A DNA stretch of 64,000 nt, from positions 7,579 to 71,578 of the forward strand of contig MWBZ01000015.1 in the NCBI GenBank assembly GCA_002069765.1, written 5' to 3'. This DNA is from a bacterium ADurb.Bin243. Lineage in GTDB: Bacteria > Muiribacteriota > UBA9980. How positions within the stretch are numbered: the stretch's first letter is position 1; each line of letters begins with the position of its first letter. This document shows, piece by piece, positions 17,176 to 25,511 of this stretch. Below the pieces are notes generated by a model. That model did not search any database. It was given only the letters and a program-made list of their open reading frames with translations, and had not been told where the DNA came from. A program made the position numbers and the translations under genes.

Positions 17176-18402
17176 ATGAATCAAAATAACGACACTCAAA
17201 ATAAAAATATAAAAGAAAACGGTTCCATAGTCAAAAAAAATAAAAACGTAAAAGTCTGGCAGGAGGGCGCCGCAGTTAAAATCACCACCGGCGAACTGGC
17301 CGGCGCGGTCGCGCGCGAAGGCTTCGTCGCTTCGATGGGCGGCGCCGGAATGACCCCGTCAGAGCTCGAACGCGAAATGCGAATCGCACGCGAAATATGC
17401 CCCGACGGCGAAATAGGCGTCAACCTTATGTACGTTGCCAAAGATTTTCATAACGTGGCCCGCGTGGTGCAGAAGCTGGGCGCGAAATTTATCGTCCTCA
17501 GCGCCGGATACGATTCTAAAATCCTCAACTGCACCGGCGAATACGAAGACCTCAAGCTCGAAATAATCCCCAAAGTCGCCCATCCGTCGCTCGCTTTAAG
17601 GGTCCTTCAAAGCGGCGTAGTCAAAAGGATCATGCTCGAAGGCGCCGGCTGCGGCGGACACATAGGCTTCAGCTCCATCAAAAACTTCATTTCCACCGAA
17701 GAGCTCGTAAAGCTTACATTCATGCGTTTCGCGACGCATCTTGCCAAGCAGGTCCTCGGCAAAAACGCCCCTGAAAACGAAGTGCAGGCTTTCATAGAAG
17801 ACGTCAAAAACCACCGCGACGACTACCGCAAAAAATACCACGTCCCCGAACTTATCGCCGCAGGCGGAATAAATGAAACCAATGTCCAGCAGATCATAGA
17901 CAACGGCGCCGATCATATCGCCAACTGCCTGATTTTCACCATCTGCAAAGAGTCCAACGCCCACACCAACTGGAAAAACATGCAGTTTCAGGCCGATAAG
18001 CGCATATTTTTCGAAAGCCCCGTCAAAGGCATGATCGGATCGGCCATAAAGAACAGCTTTATCGACAAATATTTCGAACTCGACGATACCGGCGTTTATC
18101 GTTTCAAAGCCACCGAAAAGCAAAAACAGGCGACCGGCCGCAGCATAAAGTCCGACTTTACGGACAGATGCATAACCAAATGCATGGAACACGATTTCTG
18201 CCTGAAATATTCTAAAGATTATCTGCACCCCATGTGCATCTTCTACCGTCTGGAAGAAACAGCCGTAGCGGGCAACGTGGATGACGGAATAGTCTTCACG
18301 TCGGAAAACCTAAACTACATCCAGAAGGTGGCGCGCGTAAATATCAGCGCCAAAGAAGTCATAGACTATATCAAAAAATACACTTACGGCACGGCCGAAT
18401 AA
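17176..18402 (+). CDS. Nitronate monooxygenase / FabK-like flavin TIM-barrel family protein with C-terminal Cys-rich extension
   Basis: Motifs MGGAGMTPSELE, GVNLMYV, EGAGCGGHIGF (compare EGxEAGGHxG), AAGGINE. Extra ~90-aa tail with CITKCMEHDFC...PMC. Confidence 0.55.
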   Translation: MNQNNDTQNKNIKENGSIVKKNKNVKVWQEGAAVKITTGELAGAVAREGFVASMGGAGMTPSELEREMRIAREICPDGEIGVNLMYVAKDFHNVARVVQKLGAKFIVLSAGYDSKILNCTGEYEDLKLEIIPKVAHPSLALRVLQSGVVKRIMLEGAGCGGHIGFSSIKNFISTEELVKLTFMRFATHLAKQVLGKNAPENEVQAFIEDVKNHRDDYRKKYHVPELIAAGGINETNVQQIIDNGADHIANCLIFTICKESNAHTNWKNMQFQADKRIFFESPVKGMIGSAIKNSFIDKYFELDDTGVYRFKATEKQKQATGRSIKSDFTDRCITKCMEHDFCLKYSKDYLHPMCIFYRLEETAVAGNVDDGIVFTSENLNYIQKVARVNISAKEVIDYIKKYTYGTAE

Positions 18403-18441
18403 TAAAACAATAAATAGAAAACATAACCCGAACAGCAAAAA

Positions 18442-18479
18442 GGCCGCCGGAAAATCTCGCTCCGGCGGCCCTTTTTTTT
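18442..18479. terminator. Rho-independent terminator between convergent genes
   Basis: GGCCGCCGGA / TCCGGCGGCC 10-bp stem followed by CTTTTTTTT. An A-run precedes it, so it can serve both the NMO-like gene (+) and apbE (-). Confidence 0.8.
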
Positions 18480-18504
18480 GCATATTTATATTCGCGGCAT
18501 TTTT

Positions 18505-19521
18505 TTACCGGCCGTCGATAAATCTGGCGAGCGAAAAGAATTTTTTAGACATATAAACCTCGCCGCTTTCGTTTATAAGAAAAGCCGCGATATTTTTATT
18601 TTCGACGAATTCTTTCGCGCGTTTTTCTCCCATGGCTATTATGCCGGCGGAAATGCCCGGCGCCCGTTCGGGATTTTCATCTATGACGGTAGCGGATTTA
18701 AGTCCCGAAGCGGGATAGCCCGTATGCGGGTCTATTATATGGCCGTACTTTTTGCCGTTGATTTCGGCGAACTGTTCGTAATCGCCAGAAGTAAAAACCG
18801 CCGCCGGGCCTTCGACGATAATTTTGCCGAATACGGCTTCTTCATTTCTGCCGGCGAACGGGCTTCTCAAACCTATCACATAAGCTCTTTTAGAAGTTAT
18901 TACCAGATCGCCGCCGCCGTTTACGATGGCATCGTGTATGCCCGAAGCTTTAAGAGACTCGGCCATTTTCACCACCGAATATCCCTTGGCCACGCCGCCG
19001 AGATCCAGCATCATGCCTGGCATAAGGCATATCGACGAGTTTTTTTCATCCAGTTTTATTTTTTTATATCCGACGCTTTTCAGCAGCGCTTCCAGAGTGC
19101 CCGCAGAAGGCTCGTTTTTAGGATCGTTCCTCCAGTCCCAGGCTTTATAAAGCGGAAGAAAAGTTATATCGAAATAACCTTGCGTCAAATCGCCTACCGC
19201 AATAGATTGTTTAACGCAGTCCAGAAAATGTCCGCTGATCTTATGGGACGAAGCCGGCTGCTTATTCACCGAGGAAAGTTCGGAATCGTCCCTGAAACGG
19301 CTCAATTCCGCCTCTATGGAATGAAGCAATGAAAAAGCCTTACGCGACGAGTCGCGCGCATTATTTTCTTGCGCGCCGTAAACGGTTATGTTAAAAATAG
19401 TTCCCATGGCCGGCTGCGTATATTTATAACTGACCGGGCCGGCCTGGTTGGCGTTAAAAATAAGAAACGCCAGCGCGGCTAAACCTATAAAAGCGGTAAG
19501 CGCCTTTCTTTTAGCGTCCAA
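18505..19521 (-). CDS. apbE: FAD:protein FMN transferase (ApbE family), secreted/lipoprotein
   Basis: ApbE motif LDLGGVAKGY and signal peptide. The start is placed at a TTG (19521-19519) with GGAGG 7 nt upstream, not the longer ORF-track start, which would overlap rnfA. Confidence 0.75.
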   Translation of the reverse strand: MDAKRKALTAFIGLAALAFLIFNANQAGPVSYKYTQPAMGTIFNITVYGAQENNARDSSRKAFSLLHSIEAELSRFRDDSELSSVNKQPASSHKISGHFLDCVKQSIAVGDLTQGYFDITFLPLYKAWDWRNDPKNEPSAGTLEALLKSVGYKKIKLDEKNSSICLMPGMMLDLGGVAKGYSVVKMAESLKASGIHDAIVNGGGDLVITSKRAYVIGLRSPFAGRNEEAVFGKIIVEGPAAVFTSGDYEQFAEINGKKYGHIIDPHTGYPASGLKSATVIDENPERAPGISAGIIAMGEKRAKEFVENKNIAAFLINESGEVYMSKKFFSLARFIDGR

Positions 19522-19603
19522 AAAAACCTCCGTTAAAAGAACGGAACAATATTCACTATATAGAATATTGTTCCGTTTATAGAATTCGTTAAAATCAAGC
19601 CGG

Positions 19604-20188
19604 TTAAAACGGCAGTTTAAAGCCGGCGAATCCCATGAATGCAAGGGCCATTATTCCCGTGGTGATAAGCGCTATCGGGAACCCTTCCATAGAGCGCGGT
19701 ATGGTGCTGTATTTCATCTGTTCGCGGATGCCCGCGAAAAGGACTATGGCTACTAAAAAGCCGAAGGCCGTAGCGAAAGAGTAAACGACGGACTCTAAAA
19801 GGCCGTAATTTTTCTTGATAGCCAGAAGCGCGATGCCGAGAACCGCGCAATTTGTGGTTATAAGCGGAAGATAAATGCCAAGCGATTTATAAAGGCCGGG
19901 CGAAAGCTTTTTGAGCATGATTTCTACCATCTGGACCAGGCCGGCGATTACGAGTATGAAAGCCAGAGTCTGCAGGTATTCAACTTTTGCCCATATTAAA
20001 AGCAGCTGAACGAAATACGTAATGATATTAGCGAGCACCATTACAAATATGACGGCAAGCCCCATGCCGCTGGCCGTCTCGATAGATTTAGAAACGCCGA
20101 GGAACGGGCAGGTTCCAAGAAACTGCGCCATGATAACGTTATTAAACAAAGCCGATACGATAAAAATCGATAAAAGAGACGATAACAT
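19604..20188 (-). CDS. rnfA: Rnf electron transport complex subunit A
   Basis: LGTCPFLGVSKSIETASGMG matches the RnfA/NqrE signature. Six TM helices. Confidence 0.85.
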   Translation of the reverse strand: MLSSLLSIFIVSALFNNVIMAQFLGTCPFLGVSKSIETASGMGLAVIFVMVLANIITYFVQLLLIWAKVEYLQTLAFILVIAGLVQMVEIMLKKLSPGLYKSLGIYLPLITTNCAVLGIALLAIKKNYGLLESVVYSFATAFGFLVAIVLFAGIREQMKYSTIPRSMEGFPIALITTGIMALAFMGFAGFKLPF

Positions 20189-20191
20189 ATA

Positions 20192-20788
20192 TTAGCTCTC
20201 CTTATTTTGAATAAAATTAATGCCTGCCAGGACCAATCCGAGAGTTATAAAAGCGCCCGGAGCCAGTATCATTAAAATGAACTGATGCTTGAAAGGAGCT
20301 ATCGCATAACCGAAGATCATGCCCGCCGATAAGAATTCACGCATAGCGCCCAGCATGGTGAGTGAAAGAGTAAATCCGATGCCCATTACAATTCCGTCGA
20401 CTATAGATGGAAGAACGGGATTTTTAGCGGCATACGCTTCCGCGCGGCCGAGTATTATGCAGTTGACGACGATAAGCGGAATGAAGATGCCCAGCGCTTC
20501 GTAAAGAGGCGGTATAAAAGCGGCTATAAGCAAATCTACCACGGTGACGAATGTGGCGATTACTACTATGAAAGCCGGTATTCTAACTTTATCGGGAATA
20601 ACGTTTCTAAGCATCGAAATAACCATATTTGAACAGGTAAGAACCGCGATTACCGAAACGCCCATGCCCAGAGCGTTCATGGCCGAAGTAGAGGTGGCCA
20701 GCGTCGGACACATGCCCAAAACTATTCTAAAAATAGGATTTTCCGTGACGATGCCGCGGTATAATTCATTTTTAAAGTTTATGCTCAT
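20192..20788 (-). CDS. rnfE: Rnf electron transport complex subunit E
   Basis: LGMCPTLATSTSAMNALGMG matches the RnfE/NqrD signature. Confidence 0.85.
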   Translation of the reverse strand: MSINFKNELYRGIVTENPIFRIVLGMCPTLATSTSAMNALGMGVSVIAVLTCSNMVISMLRNVIPDKVRIPAFIVVIATFVTVVDLLIAAFIPPLYEALGIFIPLIVVNCIILGRAEAYAAKNPVLPSIVDGIVMGIGFTLSLTMLGAMREFLSAGMIFGYAIAPFKHQFILMILAPGAFITLGLVLAGINFIQNKES

Positions 20789-20807
20789 AAGAAAACCTCA
20801 TTAATTT

Positions 20808-21446
20808 TTATTTGATTATATTTAAGCTTTTCGCCTTGTTTTTATATATTTCAATGGCCTTTACAACGGAAGCGGTAACCGCGCGCGAAGTGATCGTGGC
20901 CGCGGTGAGCTGTTCGACGTCGCCGCCGTCTTTTTTAACGCTCCATTTTTTTCCTTCTACCATAGCTCCGGCATAGTTGGCTTTAAATTCTTTCTTTTCG
21001 ATGTTAGAGCCGAGGCCCGGCGTTTCTTTATGCTCTAAAAAGCTTATTCCGCTTATTTTGCCGGCCGGCGAAAAACCGACGAGCATTTTTATAGGATCGC
21101 CATAAGCCTGAGGCTGCTTTAACGAATCAGAGAGGTTTAATTTTTTCATTTCTTCCGCTGAAAGCAAACGCGACGATATTTTAACCGCGATACCCGTTAC
21201 AGCACCGGCTTTTTTGCAGGTGAACGCTTCGACAGGGTCGAACGGATCGTTTAAAAGCGTTTCCGTTTCGCATGTGTCGAAAGGCTCGACCACTTCGAGC
21301 AGCGCTTTTTGCTGTTTAATAACCTTGACCATGGCTATCCTGTCTTTGGTGACGTCGTTTACCAGCGCCAGCAGAAGGCCGGAAACAGCCGAAAAAACCG
21401 TAAGAACGACCAGTAGTTTTAAATCTGAACTTCCTCTTTTCATCAT
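20808..21446 (-). CDS. rnfG: Rnf complex subunit G (FMN-binding)
   Basis: N-terminal TM helix and an FMN_bind motif (KETPGLGSNI). Confidence 0.8.
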   Translation of the reverse strand: MMKRGSSDLKLLVVLTVFSAVSGLLLALVNDVTKDRIAMVKVIKQQKALLEVVEPFDTCETETLLNDPFDPVEAFTCKKAGAVTGIAVKISSRLLSAEEMKKLNLSDSLKQPQAYGDPIKMLVGFSPAGKISGISFLEHKETPGLGSNIEKKEFKANYAGAMVEGKKWSVKKDGGDVEQLTAATITSRAVTASVVKAIEIYKNKAKSLNIIK

Positions 21447-21448
21447 TT

Positions 21449-22468
21449 TTATACTCCGAATCTTTTAGGTTTTATATAAATATCTATAATCGGAACGAAT
21501 ATATTCATAAGAAGTATCGCGAACGACACGCCTTCGGGATATCCGCCGTAAAGCCTTATAAGCATGGTAAGTACGCCGCAGCCTATGCCGAATACGATTC
21601 TTCCCCTGAAAGTGAAAGGCGAAGTAACCATATCGGTAGCCATGAAAAGCGCGCCCAGGAAAAGGCCGCCCGAAAACAGGTGGTAATGCGGCAAAAGCAT
21701 GGCCTGAGGTTTAACGTAATAGGCTGCCATGGCGATAATCCCTACCGTACCGATGAAAGCGGCCGGAATTTCCCAGTTAAGAACTTTTTTATAAATAAGG
21801 TAAAGCGCGCCGAGTAAAAGCGCCAGTTCGCTCACTTCGCCTATGGAACCGCTGGTTGCGCCGATGAAAAGCGTTTTTAAATTTATCGAATAGCTGTTGA
21901 AATACGCCACAAGGTCTGCCGTAAAATTAGAGCCGCTGTAGGCTTTTATAAAACCGAGCGGAGTGGCGGTGGTAAGAGCTTCCGCGGGGATCTTGCGATA
22001 GAGTTCCGAAAGGTATCCGCCGGTGACGCTCCAATCGGTCATCAGCGCAGGAAAACCTATAAGCAGTGCCACGCGGCCCACGAGAGCGGGGTTGAAAGGG
22101 TTCTGTCCCAATCCGCCGTACGCCAGTTTTCCTATGCCGATGGATATGAGCGAACCTATGCATACCATCCACCATGGCGAGCTGGCGGGCAGGTTGAGCG
22201 CGAGAAGAAGTCCCGTCAGGGCAGCCGAATAGTCGCCTATAGTAACGGGAGTTTTCATTAAATATTTCTGAATCAGCGCTTCTACGGCGACCGCGCTTAT
22301 CACGCCGATAAGCAGCACCTTCAAAGCGTCGAAACCGAAAACGTAAACGGCCATAGCCGAGGCGGGCAGGAGCGCCAGGATAACCTGAAACATTATTTTC
22401 GAGGTGTCCTGCGGAAAGTAAATATGAGAGCCCTGGCCAACAATCCATTTTTTGTCTTTTGTTTCCAA
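21449..22468 (-). CDS. rnfD: Rnf complex subunit D
   Basis: Polytopic membrane protein of RnfD/NqrB type, with C-terminal LYGGYPEGVSFAILLMN. Confidence 0.8.
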   Translation of the reverse strand: METKDKKWIVGQGSHIYFPQDTSKIMFQVILALLPASAMAVYVFGFDALKVLLIGVISAVAVEALIQKYLMKTPVTIGDYSAALTGLLLALNLPASSPWWMVCIGSLISIGIGKLAYGGLGQNPFNPALVGRVALLIGFPALMTDWSVTGGYLSELYRKIPAEALTTATPLGFIKAYSGSNFTADLVAYFNSYSINLKTLFIGATSGSIGEVSELALLLGALYLIYKKVLNWEIPAAFIGTVGIIAMAAYYVKPQAMLLPHYHLFSGGLFLGALFMATDMVTSPFTFRGRIVFGIGCGVLTMLIRLYGGYPEGVSFAILLMNIFVPIIDIYIKPKRFGV

Positions 22469-22593
22469 TTTACCTTTCCCTCATTTCGTTAAAACTTTTT
22501 ACTATGTTTATTTAATTGATTAAAACGCAAATTTTACTTTATAAAACACGCGAACTCGCGATAAAACTTATTGAAAGCGGCTTTAACGCGCGC

Positions 22594-23982
22594 TTATTTT
22601 TTATCGTCTTTTTTCGTCTGAGCTTCTTTTTCTTTTCGCGCCTTGAGTATTTCCTGAAGTTTTACCTTGCCGATCTTTATCTTTTGAACGAGCCTTTCAT
22701 GGCCGGCGCAGATATAATTGCACGAACCGCATTCGATGCAATCTAAAAGCGAAAGTTCTTCGAGCCTGCCGTAATCGGCGGCGTCGATGACTTTATTGAT
22801 CAATCCGGGCTGCAGGCCCATCGGGCAGACGTCCACGCAGCGGCCGCAGCGTATGCAGGGCGCTTCTTCGTACAGATTGGCTTCGCTTTGCGTGAGCACA
22901 AGAATGCCTGAAACGGCTTTGGTGACGGGAACTTCTGATGTTTGAAGGGCTTTGCCCATCATCGGGCCGCCGCAGATAAGCATCGACGCGTCGTCGGTAA
23001 CTCCGCCGCAATAGTCTATAAGTTCGGTGAACATGGTTCCGAACCTTACCAGAAGGTTTTTCTGCTTTTTAACGCCCATGCCGGTAACGGTTACTACGCG
23101 TTCTATCAGGGGCCTGTTATTGACGGCGGCGTCATATATAGAAGCGGCCGTAGCCACGTTCTGAACGACGCATCCTACCGCGCTCGGCAGTTTGCCGGAC
23201 GGAACGTCGCGGCCCACGATAGCGTTTATAAGCTGTTTCTCGCCGCCCTGAGGGTATTTTAAAGCGAGAGAAACTACTTCGATATCTTTATACTTCGAAG
23301 CGGCTTCGGCCATTTTTTGAATGGAATCGGGCTTATTGGCTTCGATTCCGATATACCCTTTTACCGGGCCGTTTTTAGAAAATATTTTCATTATAAGAGC
23401 GAGGCCGGCTACGATCCGGTCCGCGTCTTCGATCATTATGCGCGCGTCGGCCGTAAGGTACGGTTCGCATTCTACGCCGTTTAAAATTACGGTATCTATT
23501 TTAACGTCCGGCGGCGGCGACAATTTTACGGAAGTTGGAAACGCGGCGCCGCCCATGCCGACGATGCCCGCTTTTTCGACCGCTTTAACGGCGCCGGAAA
23601 TATCGAGCTTTTCTATAACTTCGGCCGACGGAGCGACGGCGGTGAACGCTTCGAAATATTCGTCTTTCATGTCGTTTTCAATGACTATGCAGTCCTGCTT
23701 GAATCCAGTGGGAGTCATACGGGCTTCTACCGCTTTGACTATGCCGGAAACCGGCGACAGCACGTTAGCCGAAATAAAACCGGATTTTTCCGCGATGAGC
23801 TGGCCTATTTTAACGGCCTGATCTTTAGTGACTACCGCCTTCGCCGGCGCGCCGATATGCTGGGATATTGGAATGACGACTGTTTTAGGGGCCGGAAGCT
23901 TTTCGATAGGACTTTCGTGACTGTATTTTCTGTCGTCAACGTGAATTCCGCCGCGCGAAAAGGTTTTTAATCCAAATGCCAT
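22594..23982 (-). CDS. rnfC: Rnf complex subunit C (NADH-binding, 2x[4Fe-4S])
   Basis: Two ferredoxin-type Cys clusters (CIRCGRCVDVCP and CIECGSCNYICAGH). Size and position fit RnfC. Confidence 0.85.
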   Translation of the reverse strand: MAFGLKTFSRGGIHVDDRKYSHESPIEKLPAPKTVVIPISQHIGAPAKAVVTKDQAVKIGQLIAEKSGFISANVLSPVSGIVKAVEARMTPTGFKQDCIVIENDMKDEYFEAFTAVAPSAEVIEKLDISGAVKAVEKAGIVGMGGAAFPTSVKLSPPPDVKIDTVILNGVECEPYLTADARIMIEDADRIVAGLALIMKIFSKNGPVKGYIGIEANKPDSIQKMAEAASKYKDIEVVSLALKYPQGGEKQLINAIVGRDVPSGKLPSAVGCVVQNVATAASIYDAAVNNRPLIERVVTVTGMGVKKQKNLLVRFGTMFTELIDYCGGVTDDASMLICGGPMMGKALQTSEVPVTKAVSGILVLTQSEANLYEEAPCIRCGRCVDVCPMGLQPGLINKVIDAADYGRLEELSLLDCIECGSCNYICAGHERLVQKIKIGKVKLQEILKARKEKEAQTKKDDKK

Positions 23983-24914
23983 TATGATTTCACCTCTTTA
24001 GTATCACTGGCGGCCGGATTGTTAGCCGCGCCGGCGGCCATAGCCGCCGCTTTTTGTTTTTCTTCTTTTTCCTGTTGTTTTTTCTTTATAATTATTTCAA
24101 CCGCTTTAACTACGCGTCCGTCGGCGGCAATTGCGTGCATTACATCGCATTCGGCAACGCATTTGCCGCAAAGTATGCATTTGGCGTCGTCAATGCGGGC
24201 GAGATTTGAGCCCGGAGCCACCGTTATAGCTTCTTTAGGGCAAACTTTAACGCATTTGCCGCATGCGATGCAGCCGACTTTGCAATTTTTACGCACTACC
24301 GGCCCTTTATCGTGAGAAGAGCACGTAACGCGGACGTTAGAAATTCTCTTCTGAACCAGAGATATAACTTTTCTGGGGCATTCTTTAACGCAAAGCCCGC
24401 ATCCGGTGCATTTTTCTGCGTCAAAAACGGCTATGCCGTCTTCCATGGTTATAGCGCCGAAAAGGCATACTTTTGCGCAATCGCCATAGCCTATGCACGA
24501 ATACATGCAAGCCTTGTCGCCGGTGTAAAGCATATTAGCCGCCGCGCAGCTTCTAACGCCGATATATTCTGAAACGGTCTGAACGTTAGAGTGCTTTCCG
24601 TTGCAATGCAAAACCGCGCGCATGGGTTTGCTCTCGCCGATCGAAGTGCCAAGGACTTCGCCTATGGCTTTTAAAACTTCAGCGGAAGCCACCGGGCAGC
24701 GCATGCCGGGAACCGGATCTTCGACGAAAGCCTTTGCGAAACCGGCGCAGCCTGGAAAGCCGCATGCGCCGCAGTTAGCCTGAGGCAAAAGCGACGCGAC
24801 TTTTTCGATTAAAGGATTTTCGGGAACGTGGAACTTTTTGGAGCTGATAATTAGAGCGACAGCTAAGACAATTGCAATTAAACCCATAACTAAAACAGAC
24901 ATTATAATTTCCAT
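23982..24914 (-). CDS. rnfB: Rnf complex subunit B (polyferredoxin type)
   Basis: N-terminal TM helix, CGACGFPGCAGFAKAF motif, then several CxxCxxCxxxCP ferredoxin motifs. Confidence 0.8.
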   Translation of the reverse strand: MEIIMSVLVMGLIAIVLAVALIISSKKFHVPENPLIEKVASLLPQANCGACGFPGCAGFAKAFVEDPVPGMRCPVASAEVLKAIGEVLGTSIGESKPMRAVLHCNGKHSNVQTVSEYIGVRSCAAANMLYTGDKACMYSCIGYGDCAKVCLFGAITMEDGIAVFDAEKCTGCGLCVKECPRKVISLVQKRISNVRVTCSSHDKGPVVRKNCKVGCIACGKCVKVCPKEAITVAPGSNLARIDDAKCILCGKCVAECDVMHAIAADGRVVKAVEIIIKKKQQEKEEKQKAAAMAAGAANNPAASDTKEVKS

Positions 24915-25028
24915 TACAACTACCTCTTACTTATTTTAATTTGATTTTTCGGTATTTATATGAGAAAGATAACAGGTTGGGCTTTTAAGTTTTGCATTTA
25001 AAAAAATCAGCGAAAACCGCTTGAATTT

Positions 25029-25057
25029 TTCAAGGTGATTTTATCACTTTTTACGCC
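25029..25057 (-). promoter_or_regulatory. Putative sigma70 promoter for rnfB on the minus strand
   Basis: Minus strand reads TTGACA (complement of 25052-25057), 17-nt spacer, TAAAAT (complement of 25029-25034), about 110 nt upstream of rnfB. Confidence 0.45.
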
Positions 25058-25155
25058 GGGTGTCAAGCAAAATAAATATTTTTAAGTATTTGTTAAAATA
25101 TCAATATTATTAAATTATACTTTATTTCGTTTTAAAAAGACATTTTTTTCACCAA

Positions 25156-25368
25156 TCAATTATTTTGATTTGATGCTTGTTTTTCTTGTTTTTCTTCTTT
25201 TTTTTTGCCGCCGCAAGCGCCGCAGTGGGCGCATCCGAAGCCGCCGGACGCGTCAGAGCAGCCGTCTTTTTGTTTTTCTTTATTGTAAAAAAGAAAAACC
25301 GCGGCATAGCCTGTGCCAAGAACCGCGGCAATTATCATCGGAACCAGAAATTCGAGCATTATTTTCAC
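25156..25368 (-). CDS. Small membrane protein with C-terminal Cys cluster (FeoB-associated Cys-rich membrane protein-like)
   Basis: 70 aa. One TM helix (LVPMIIAAVLGTGYAAVFLF), then CSDASGGFGCAHCGACGG and a Lys/Glu-rich tail. Confidence 0.5.
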   Translation of the reverse strand: MKIMLEFLVPMIIAAVLGTGYAAVFLFYNKEKQKDGCSDASGGFGCAHCGACGGKKKEEKQEKQASNQNN

Positions 25369-25511
25369 CTGATATTATAGAAAGTCAACGGCATAAAAGG
25401 CGTCGCGCTTTTTGTGCCGGCCGCCTTTTTATCCAGATTTTATAATTGACATTTTATAACATTAATCGTTTTTTTTCAACAAATTTATTTTAAGCGCATT
25501 GAAATACTTTC

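Noticed and set aside
17596-18228. 210-aa minus-strand ORF antisense to the NMO-like gene
   Set aside because: It lies antisense within a well-supported coding region and has no motifs.
18478-19332. 284-aa plus-strand ORF antisense to apbE
   Set aside because: It is fully embedded in the opposite strand of a gene with clear ApbE motifs, and its Arg/Phe-rich composition is typical of antisense frames.
18505-19644. Long (379-aa) version of apbE overlapping rnfA by about 40 nt
   Set aside because: The N-terminal 40 residues have no signal-peptide or ApbE character. A TTG with GGAGG at 19521 gives a proper signal peptide and no overlap.
22469-22593. 125-nt AT-rich gap between rnfC and rnfD as an internal promoter or regulatory RNA
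   Set aside because: There is no convincing -35/-10 pair or stable structure. It is more likely just an intercistronic spacer within the operon.
25385-25440. Possible terminator hairpin after the TonB-dependent receptor gene
   Set aside because: There is an 8-bp stem, but a 19-nt loop and only a short T-run on the minus strand. Too weak to call.
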